NCBI GenBank assembly: GCA_964537035.1
Contig: CAZIAK010000020.1
Coordinates: 19,297 to 83,296 of the forward strand
Reading direction: 5' to 3'
Length of the DNA stretch: 64,000 nt
Source: an uncultured Phycisphaerales bacterium
GTDB lineage: Bacteria; Planctomycetota; B15-G4
The notes below the pieces were generated by a model. That model made no database searches and was not told where the DNA came from. It saw nothing but the letters and a program-made list of their open reading frames with translations. The position numbers were made by a program, and so were the translations under genes. Below are positions 27,758-36,834 of this stretch, one piece after another; the first letter of the stretch is position 1, and every line of letters starts with the position of its first letter.

Positions 27758-29116
27758 ATGGCGCCTGAACTTCCCGAGATCCTCGCCTTCTGTCGCGCAG
27801 CCCACTCCGGGGACGTGATGGATGCCGAGGAGCTTCTGGACCTCCACCCCGATCTCGAAGGCCACGTGGCCGTGGCGGCCATGCTCGGTGACGATGAGCC
27901 CCTGGCCTCCCTGCTGGCCGAGAACCCCGAGGCAGCCTGCCTGGAGCTGCGCCCGGGCCTCACGCCTCTCTTCTTGGCCTGCCTCTCCCAGTACGGAGGC
28001 GTGGACGAAGACTGGGCCGAGCGCTGGCTGCGGTCCATTCAGTTGCTGCTCGACCACGGCGCCGTCGTCGACCTGGGCCCCGCAGACCCCAATCTCCTGG
28101 GCGGGCAATCCAGCCCCTTGGTCGCGGCCATCTCGGCCATGGGCCACGCTCCCCTGTGCGAGTTGCTCCTGTCTGCGGGGGCCAACCCCAACAACCCGGC
28201 GGCCTTGGTGTCAGGCGCCGCGCAACAACGGTGGGACTGCGTCGAGCTGCTGCTTCGCCACGGCGCCGACTGGAACGGCCGCAGCGCTGACGAAGACGAG
28301 ACGCCTCTCCATCGCCTGCTCGACGTTGGTGGCCTGACGCCCGAGTCCCTGCAGCGCATCCTTCTTGCGGGAGCCGATCCCAACCTTGGCGGCGGGGCCC
28401 TGGGCGAGACAGCCCTGCATGTGGCCACCCGACGTCGCCGGGTCGACCTGATCGCAACCCTGATCGAGAACGGAGCGGACATCCAAGGCCTGACCAAGGG
28501 CGGCATGAGCGCCTGGCGCCACGCCATCCGCCGCGACTTCGGCGATGCCGCCGCCGAGCTGGCTCGCCTGGGCGCAGAGACTGCCACCACCCCGGCAGAC
28601 GAGCTGGCCGTCGCCCTCTTGAATCAGGACATGGACCGGGCCTGGGAGCTGCTGCTGGCCCAACCCGACCTGGGCACCACCGGCCCCCCCGAAGAGCGTC
28701 GCCTGCTGCCAGACTTGGCGGCCAAGAACCACACCCAGGGCGTGCTGGCCCTTCTCGACGCGGGCTGGGAGATCGACGCCCGGGGGCTCGACGGGGGCAC
28801 GGCCCTGCACAACGCCTGCTGGTTCGCCGCCGAAGACGCCGCCCGATTGCTGGTGGAGCGGGGGGCGCCTCTCGACCTCCGAGGCGATGACCACAACACC
28901 ACCCCGCTGGGCTGGGTCGGGCACGGATCAGCCTTCAGCGGCGGCGCAGACGAGAACAGCGAGATCTATGCCCGATTGGCAGAGCTGCTCCTGTCTGCCG
29001 GTGCTCCACTGCCCGAGCCGGACGCCGCCCACGACAACCAGCAGCTCGCCGGGGCCGCTGAGTCTGTGCTCTCCATCCTGTCTGCCCATGGCTGGTCTCC
29101 CCCCTCCGCGCCTTGA
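27758..29116 (+). CDS. ankyrin-repeat protein (cytoplasmic)
   Basis: Start at ATG 27758 (MAPELPEIL). Multiple ANK-like units are present: [94 protein letters not shown]. Confidence 0.85.
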   Translation: MAPELPEILAFCRAAHSGDVMDAEELLDLHPDLEGHVAVAAMLGDDEPLASLLAENPEAACLELRPGLTPLFLACLSQYGGVDEDWAERWLRSIQLLLDHGAVVDLGPADPNLLGGQSSPLVAAISAMGHAPLCELLLSAGANPNNPAALVSGAAQQRWDCVELLLRHGADWNGRSADEDETPLHRLLDVGGLTPESLQRILLAGADPNLGGGALGETALHVATRRRRVDLIATLIENGADIQGLTKGGMSAWRHAIRRDFGDAAAELARLGAETATTPADELAVALLNQDMDRAWELLLAQPDLGTTGPPEERRLLPDLAAKNHTQGVLALLDAGWEIDARGLDGGTALHNACWFAAEDAARLLVERGAPLDLRGDDHNTTPLGWVGHGSAFSGGADENSEIYARLAELLLSAGAPLPEPDAAHDNQQLAGAAESVLSILSAHGWSPPSAP

Positions 29117-29198
29117 TCCCGAGTCGTGGAGTGTTCGTGGCGTGGGTCCGGAGGGCGTTTTCCTGTGACAAGATGGCCGGGTCCCCCGCCCGATAAGG

Positions 29199-31154
29199 AT
29201 GGCTGCCATGAATACACTCAGACTCCTCTCCACCGCAGCGGCCGTCCTGGTCTGCGTCTCCATCATCGCCCCGCGCCCCCTCGCCGGCACGGTCTCCCCA
29301 GAGCTGGTCGCTGACCTCGTCGACGCGGTCCCCGCAGGGACGGCCTCTGTCTGCAGCTGGATCTCAGGTCCTGAGACGGCTCAGCTCGAAGCCGAAGTGC
29401 TCGAGGTGGTCGACGCCATCGCGGCCGCCCGCTTCGATGACTTCGTCTTCGACACCATGGGCATCATGGGCGCTCCCGAAGAGCTGGTCACCGAGCTGTC
29501 CGCCATTCGCAACCTGTTCACGTCAGTGGGCGGCGTGGTGCCCTGGGCCGACCTTGTAGGGCATCAGCTGGTCTACGCCGAGACCGCAGCCAAGCCCTTC
29601 CTGCCCGGCGTCGACGTGCCCAGCATGATCTTCATCACCCAGCCTGAGGCGCACCGCATGGCGGCCCTCGAGTCCGGGCTGAACGGTGTGCTCGGGGCCT
29701 TCGCGGCGCGCATGGCCGGGCCGATCCGCTACGACATCGAGCGGCAGCCCGAGCTGGCCACAACGATCTACAAGCTGACCCTGCGCACCGAGCACGGTGA
29801 CACCGCCATGCTGTCCGTGGCCGTACTCGACGACACGATCCTGTTCGGACTGGGCCAAGAGTACTTCGAGACTTCCCTGGCCCTGCTGCGCGGCGCGGAG
29901 CTGCCCCGGCTCACCGACAGCAATCGCTGGCACGAGGCCTTCGGCGACCTGCCCATCTACGCCGCTGGCTGCACCTACCTCGATGTCCCCCAGATGGTTC
30001 ACGGGCTCGACGACCTGACGGCGCTGATCACCGACAGCACCTTCAACGGCGGTCTCTGGCAGGGCTTCCTCAACGAGACCTTCGAGCTGGCTGGAGCCAT
30101 CGACACGGTGGCCACCACCATCGACTGCCGCGGCGATCAGCTGGTGACCGCCAGCCTGACCCGGCTGAACCCCAGCACACCGCCCCTGGTGCGCTCCGGG
30201 CTGGCACGTCCCACTTCGGGCGAGCTGCTCGAGTACGTGCCCCACGATGTGATCGCCTTCAACAGCCGAGGTGCCGTCGACCTCGATCCCGCATGGCAAT
30301 GGACCCGGGAGAAGCTCTCCAGCGAGTGGTCCGCCGGCGATGACCTGCTCTGGTTGGCCGAGCTGGCCCAGGCCACTCTCGACCTGTGGATCGACCGGGA
30401 CCTGCTCTCCTGGATCGGCAGCGAGCACCTCTCCATGACCGTGCCAGGAGACACCGGCGCGGCGCCTGAGACGGTGTTCCTCAGCAAGCTGGCCGACCGG
30501 GCAGGGGCCCAGCGCTGCATCGGCCGCCTTGAGGGAGTCCTCAAGGTGCTGCTGCCTCGCCTGGTGGGCGGCGTGCAGAGCCTGCTCTCCGAAAACGAGA
30601 TCGACCTCCCCTTCGACGTGGCCATCCTGCCAGCAGAGGGTGTCTACCCCGGCCTGAAGCAGCTGCAGATCACCGTGGGGCAGCTGCCCTTGCCCACCAT
30701 GACCTACGGCTTCATGGGCAACCTCTTCGTGGCCACCACCTCTGAGCGAGCCCTCGAGCGCAGCCTGGCCGTGGCCGTGGGCGAAGAGGATGGCCTGTGG
30801 GACCACGACCTGCTGGCCGATCACATGGGCCGTAGTGACCTGTGCACGGTGAGCATGGTGCCGGTGGGACAACAGATCACCGAGACCGTGTCGGCCATCG
30901 CCGGCGCCCACACCATGGTGCGCGGCCTGCTCGGCGGCGCGGTGGCGAACGACCCTCAGGCGTCCGCGGTGCTTGACCAGGTGACGGTCCTGGTGGACCG
31001 GGTCACGGACATCATGCTCAAGGTCGACTTCCTGGGCGATGCGGTCACCACCAGTGAAGTGCGTGAGGCCGGCATGGCTCGTTACGAGCTGACCACCCAG
31101 GCGCTGGTGGGCTTCCCCGCCCGGACCCTGTCGTCACCCATCACCCAGCGCTAA
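29199..31154 (+). CDS. secreted hypothetical protein (651 aa)
   Basis: Signal peptide MAAMNTLRLLSTAAAVLVCVSIIAP. Long ORF with coding-like codon usage. I recognise no family motif. Confidence 0.65.
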   Translation: MAAMNTLRLLSTAAAVLVCVSIIAPRPLAGTVSPELVADLVDAVPAGTASVCSWISGPETAQLEAEVLEVVDAIAAARFDDFVFDTMGIMGAPEELVTELSAIRNLFTSVGGVVPWADLVGHQLVYAETAAKPFLPGVDVPSMIFITQPEAHRMAALESGLNGVLGAFAARMAGPIRYDIERQPELATTIYKLTLRTEHGDTAMLSVAVLDDTILFGLGQEYFETSLALLRGAELPRLTDSNRWHEAFGDLPIYAAGCTYLDVPQMVHGLDDLTALITDSTFNGGLWQGFLNETFELAGAIDTVATTIDCRGDQLVTASLTRLNPSTPPLVRSGLARPTSGELLEYVPHDVIAFNSRGAVDLDPAWQWTREKLSSEWSAGDDLLWLAELAQATLDLWIDRDLLSWIGSEHLSMTVPGDTGAAPETVFLSKLADRAGAQRCIGRLEGVLKVLLPRLVGGVQSLLSENEIDLPFDVAILPAEGVYPGLKQLQITVGQLPLPTMTYGFMGNLFVATTSERALERSLAVAVGEEDGLWDHDLLADHMGRSDLCTVSMVPVGQQITETVSAIAGAHTMVRGLLGGAVANDPQASAVLDQVTVLVDRVTDIMLKVDFLGDAVTTSEVREAGMARYELTTQALVGFPARTLSSPITQR

Positions 31155-31224
31155 CCCGCAGGTCGGCATCCCAACGTTGCGCTGGGCTGCCAGGGATACT
31201 GAGCCTGGCTGCCCCTGAAACGCA

Positions 31225-31260
31225 GCAGGGCTGCTCCGAGAAGACTCGGAACAGCCCTGC
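31225..31260. terminator. GC-rich hairpin between convergent genes (29199-31154 and csp); candidate bidirectional terminator
   Basis: GCAGGGCTGCTCCGAG-aaga-CTCGGAACAGCCCTGC forms a 16-bp stem with one mismatch. The minus-strand side is followed by GUUUC. Confidence 0.45.
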
Positions 31261-31291
31261 GTACTCCCGCAGATGAAGGCGGGATCAGTGG

Positions 31292-31498
31292 TCAGAGCTT
31301 GACGACGTTCTCAGCCGCGGGGCCCTTCTTGCCTTCGACCACGTCGTACTCCACCCGATCGCCTTCGGCGAGGGAGCGGAAGCCATCAGCCTTGATGGCA
31401 GACTGGTGGACAAAGCAATCGTCACCACCGCCTTCGGGAGCGATGAAACCGAAGCCCTTGGTGTCGTTGAACCACTTCACTGTTCCTGTGCTACGCAT
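31292..31498 (-). CDS. cspA: cold-shock protein, CspA family
   Basis: 68 aa containing [15 protein letters not shown] (RNP1) and DCFVHQSAI (RNP2). Confidence 0.97.
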   Translation of the reverse strand: MRSTGTVKWFNDTKGFGFIAPEGGGDDCFVHQSAIKADGFRSLAEGDRVEYDVVEGKKGPAAENVVKL

Positions 31499-31734
31499 AC
31501 TTTTTTACCTGTCCTGTGCGTCTGCCGAGTGATGTTCTGCCGGCAGAAGCGATCTTCGTGGAATGACGCCTCCACTGTCGGCGGTCTGGCTCGCCGAGCC
31601 TCGACCCTTGCGGGACGACCACTCGCCGAAGCAGACGTTTTGCTCGCCCCCCAATGAACTCGGACCCTGTTGGGACCGGCCCCGAAGAACCAAGCACTGG
31701 GGCGACCACACTGGCCACCCCTACATTGACCGGA

Positions 31735-31763
31735 ATTCTGACGATGGCCCCCTCCTGAGTCAA
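31735..31763 (-). promoter_or_regulatory. candidate sigma70-type promoter for csp, implying a 5' leader of about 230 nt
   Basis: The minus strand reads TTGACT (31763-31758), a 17-nt spacer, then CAGAAT (31740-31735). The 439-bp region between csp and icd is otherwise non-coding. Confidence 0.3.
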
Positions 31764-31937
31764 CACATCAGTTGAGGCGCGACCCGGCGGTCGGGGCCAT
31801 GCGCTGAGGCCAGGCTCTCTTCTCGGACGAGCACCCAGCAGTCCCACGGGGGATCTGCCGGGACGCCCGACAACTCAGAACCGGCCCGGGGCCGGCCTGG
31901 TGCGGCCTGAAAGGGGTCCTGGAGTGCCGTTCAGGGC

Positions 31938-33701
<1,764 letters not shown>

Positions 33702-33949
33702 GTGTCGATCCGGGGCGTCCCGGCCTCCTGCGATGCGTGTCTTTGAGCCTGCGAAACAGAAGCCTGAGTCTCGCAAACGAGTCCCCGGAAAGGACAGGGG
33801 AAAGCGCGCCCCGCACCGAGCGAGACCCCACCCAGCTCCAATCCGCTACACTCACTGGCTCAGGGACCTCCCAGGAGCAGGTCTGAGCGCCTCGCTCCCC
33901 GAGAATGGTTGCTGTTCACATCCCGATCACTTCAACAAGGGAGAAGATC

Positions 33950-34918
33950 ATGCTGTCTGTCGTCCTGGCTGGAGCCCTCGCTCTGGCAGCCGCTCCCCCG
34001 GCGGACAAGATCGTGCCCGCCCAAGGGGACCCCGCGCCCAATTTCGGTGGCACCTGGATGGGCTACGAAGACTCATCCCTCGCCCAGCTGCAAGGCAAGG
34101 TCGTCTTCATCGAATTTTGGCGAACCTGGTGAGGCCCCTGCACATCGCAGGTCCCCCATCTCAATGAGCTCTGGAAGAAGTATCGAGATCGGGGTCTTGT
34201 CGTCGTTGGCGTGACCAACGAACCCAAATCACTGGTCGAGAAGGCCATCCAGAAGAAGCACATGAAGTTCCCCGTGGCCATGGTCAAGACCAACGAGGAG
34301 CAGCCCTTCGCCATCCGCGGATTCCCCACTTCGTTTCTTGTGGACGTGGACGGGACCATTCTCTGGAAGGGTCATCCAGGCACCTTCGACAGCCAGTTTG
34401 GCACCAAGCGACTCGAGACCTACCTGGCCAAGACCGTGTCGCTCCCCAGCCTGCCTGACGACTACATCAAGTCGGTGGCCAAGCACGTCGAGAAGCGCGC
34501 CTATGGCAAGGCCCACAGCACCATTCTCAAGGCCATGGAGCGTGACCCGGAGAACGAGTCGCTGAAGACCTACGTCGAGAAGATCGAGAGCATCGTCGAG
34601 TTCAAGATCGCAGTCGCAGATGAGTTCCTCGACGACGGTGAGTACGGCCGGGCCATGGCCGTCTATGAACAGCTGCTCAGCCAGTTTCCAGGCGTGCCTG
34701 GTGCTGAGCTGGCCAAGCAGTCGGCGGCAGATCTGAAGAGCAACAAGGAAGCCCGAGACGAGCTGGCCGCCACAGAGAAGTGGAACTCCGTCATGAAAGA
34801 CTGGCGCAAGGGCAAGTTCGACAAGGCCTTGAGCGGCGTGCGCTCCATCGCCAAGAAGTACAGCTCGACGCCCACGGGCAAACGGGCAGACGAGATGGTC
34901 TACCGACACGACGGCTGA
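33950..34918 (+). CDS. TlpA/ResA-like periplasmic thiol:disulfide oxidoreductase with a probable selenocysteine (U-G-P-C) active site and a C-terminal TPR-like helical domain; in-frame TGA at 34130-34132
   Basis: ORFs 33905-34132 and 34211-34918 are in the same frame, and the frame stays open across 34133-34210. The read-through product reads KVVFIEFWRTW-[TGA]-GPCTSQVPHLNELWKKYRDRGLVVVGV, i.e. the WCGPC thioredoxin motif with TGA at the first Cys. ATG 33950 is preceded by GGGAGAAG and followed by a signal peptide (MLSVVLAGALALAAA). Confidence 0.7.
34148..34199 (+). promoter_or_regulatory. candidate SECIS-like hairpin 16 nt downstream of the in-frame UGA
   Basis: Imperfect inverted repeat caggtcccccatctc (34148-34162) / gagatcggggtcttg (34185-34199). 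By hand it gives 12 Watson-Crick pairs, 1 G-U pair and 2 mismatches. The apical region contains CUCUGGAAGAAG with a GG at 34173-34174. Confidence 0.35.
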
Positions 34919-34949
34919 ACGTCACACCATTCACCTGTGCAATGAAAAC

Positions 34950-34991
34950 GCCGCCGCCCTCTCCCCCGGGAGAGGACGGCGGCTGTCTTTC
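34950..34991 (+). terminator. Rho-independent terminator-like hairpin after the TlpA-like gene
   Basis: GCCGCCGCCCTCTCCC-CC-GGGAGAGGACGGCGGC forms a stem of about 16 bp with one mismatch, followed by TGTCTTTC. It lies 31 nt after the stop at 34918. Confidence 0.6.
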
Positions 34992-35014
34992 GGGAACGCC
35001 TGGTCAGGTCTTGG

Positions 35015-35119
35015 TCAGCCGAAGAGACCTAGCAGGTCGAGCAGCATCAAGCTGCCCACCACGACCACCAGCACCGTCAGCCGCTGAGCCATCAAGGCCT
35101 GCAACTCTTCACCGTCCAT
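35015..35119 (-). CDS. possible 34-aa small hydrophobic (single-TM-like) peptide
   Basis: My own translation, since it is below the ORF-track cutoff: MDGEELQALMAQRLTVLVVVVGSLMLLDLLGLFG*. GAGG lies 8 nt upstream of the ATG. It sits in the 319-bp gap between the TlpA-like gene and the ECF sigma gene. Confidence 0.3.
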   Translation of the reverse strand: MDGEELQALMAQRLTVLVVVVGSLMLLDLLGLFG

Positions 35120-35237
35120 GGATCTTGCCTCAAGGTGAGTTGTCCCACAGCCCAGGAAGAGGCCCCTGGCCAGCCCCAGATACACCCCACCGCAAATCCG
35201 TGTACCCGCGGCCAGGGGTCGTTAGACTGACGCGCAG

Positions 35238-35864
35238 ATGGTGAATAGTCTTGCGTGCCGAGAACGCCCCGTGTCCACGAGAACGCGAGCTACACGAACC
35301 AACGATCTGGCCCTGCGCTGCCAGGCACTGCTGCAGGCTGTCAGAGACGGGCAAGACGACGCCTGGGCGAACATGCTCGACGAGTTCGGCGGGCTGGTGT
35401 TCTCAGTGGCTCACGACGCCGGCCTCCGGGGCGCGGACGCAGAAGACGCCTACCAGACCACCTGGCTGGCTCTCCATCGCTCCCTGCCCAGCATTCGAGA
35501 ACCAGGCGCCCTGGTGGCCTGGATCAGCACCACGGCCCGCAGAGAATCGTGGCGGCTGTCCAAACGACGCCGGGGCCAGACCGACCTCGAGCCTTTCCTG
35601 GAGCAGGCCGCCGATCAGACAGTCGACGCCAACCCCCTCGATGAAATGCAGCGCCTTGAGCAGCAGCAAGCTGTCCGCCAGGGCCTGGCCACCCTCGACG
35701 AACGGTGCCAAGACCTGCTGAACCGACTGTTCTTCGCGCCCGAATCCCCTCGCTACGAAGACGTGGCCACAGCCATGAAGATGAAGACAGGCAGCGTGGG
35801 ACCGACCCGCATTCGCTGCCTCTCGAAGCTGGCCCACTGGCTCGAAACCAATGGCTCGCCCTGA
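35238..35864 (+). CDS. ECF-type RNA polymerase sigma factor (sigma-70 family, regions 2 and 4)
   Basis: 208 aa. Region 2-like: FGGLVFSVAHDAGLRGADAEDAYQTTWLALHRSL. Region 4-like HTH: YEDVATAMKMKTGSVGPTRIRCLSKL. Confidence 0.9.
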   Translation: MVNSLACRERPVSTRTRATRTNDLALRCQALLQAVRDGQDDAWANMLDEFGGLVFSVAHDAGLRGADAEDAYQTTWLALHRSLPSIREPGALVAWISTTARRESWRLSKRRRGQTDLEPFLEQAADQTVDANPLDEMQRLEQQQAVRQGLATLDERCQDLLNRLFFAPESPRYEDVATAMKMKTGSVGPTRIRCLSKLAHWLETNGSP

Positions 35865-35968
35865 GCTGATCTGAGAACCTTGTATCGCCAGGGGGCCTGC
35901 CTCCTCCTGCAGGCACACAGGTCGTCCATGCACCCAGCCGGTGCGTCCCCATTCCAGAGGTCGAGATC

Positions 35969-36652
35969 ATGAGCTGCCCGCCCTTCGAGGCGCTCCTCGC
36001 CTGGCGTTCAGGCCAGGACATCAGCGCTCATGATGCTCCCTCCGAGGCGGCTACCACGCCGGAAGACGAGGCCATCACCGCCGTCAACGGTCACCTGCAA
36101 GGCGGCTGCCCCGGCTGCCGTCGGCGGCTGCAGTTGCTCGACCAGCTGCTGATCAGCCTGAACGAGCCCGCACCGCCCATGGTCCCGGCGGCCTTGCGAC
36201 GACGGGTTCTCGATCAACTGCACGCCCTGCCCCAGGAGGGCTCCTCCGCCGCAGGGGCCGGCCCGTTGGGCAGGCTGGTAGGCCAACTGCAGGAGTTCAT
36301 CGCCGAGCTGGTCCAGCCCCTGGGCAGCCAGGCCCTGGCGGCCGGCCTCCGTGGCGAGAACGACCCAGCCCTGCACCGGTTTCGAGCCGGTGACTACCTG
36401 CTCGACGTGGGGCTCGTAGAACGTCGGGCCGTCCTGGGCCAGCTGCTCGATCAAGATGGCCTCGACGCCGAAGACTTCGACGGCGCCGCGGCCATCCTCT
36501 GCGGAGCCGACGGCTCCCAGCAGGCGAGCCTCGATGAAGACGGTGCCTTCCGCTTCGATCGCACGGGACCGGGCCGCTTCGCCTTGCTCATCGAATCCCC
36601 CACTGTGCGACTGGTCTTCCCCGACATCGACCTGACCGCGCCAGGAGACTGA
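35969..36652 (+). CDS. putative soluble anti-sigma factor (zf-HC2-like N-terminus, no transmembrane segment)
   Basis: 227 aa with Cys3 plus HLQGGCPGC (H-x4-C-x2-C) near the N-terminus, immediately downstream of the ECF sigma. No hydrophobic span long enough for a TM helix. Confidence 0.65.
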   Translation: MSCPPFEALLAWRSGQDISAHDAPSEAATTPEDEAITAVNGHLQGGCPGCRRRLQLLDQLLISLNEPAPPMVPAALRRRVLDQLHALPQEGSSAAGAGPLGRLVGQLQEFIAELVQPLGSQALAAGLRGENDPALHRFRAGDYLLDVGLVERRAVLGQLLDQDGLDAEDFDGAAAILCGADGSQQASLDEDGAFRFDRTGPGRFALLIESPTVRLVFPDIDLTAPGD

Positions 36653-36834
36653 CCCTGTCGCCCGCGGACGACAGCCTCGGCGCGGAGCAGCGCTGGTTCG
36701 AGCAGCTCCTTGACAAGCCCGAACCTCAGACCTGGAAGGCCTACGACGACGCAGGGCCAGAGCTGCGCAGCGACGTCGTCCTGCTGCTGAAGGGCAAGGT
36801 CGATGGCCTCTGCCGCAATGCGCCACCCGAGGCC

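Noticed and set aside
34130-34132. Treating the TGA as an ordinary stop, giving a 60-75-aa truncated peptide plus a separate GTG-initiated 235-aa protein at 34211.
   Set aside because: That split cuts a thioredoxin fold in the middle of its active-site motif. It also leaves 78 nt of open, motif-continuing sequence unexplained. The 34211 GTG has no obvious ribosome-binding site and lies inside the beta-strand sequence LVVVGVTNE. The pseudogene possibility is retained as the alternative in the finding.
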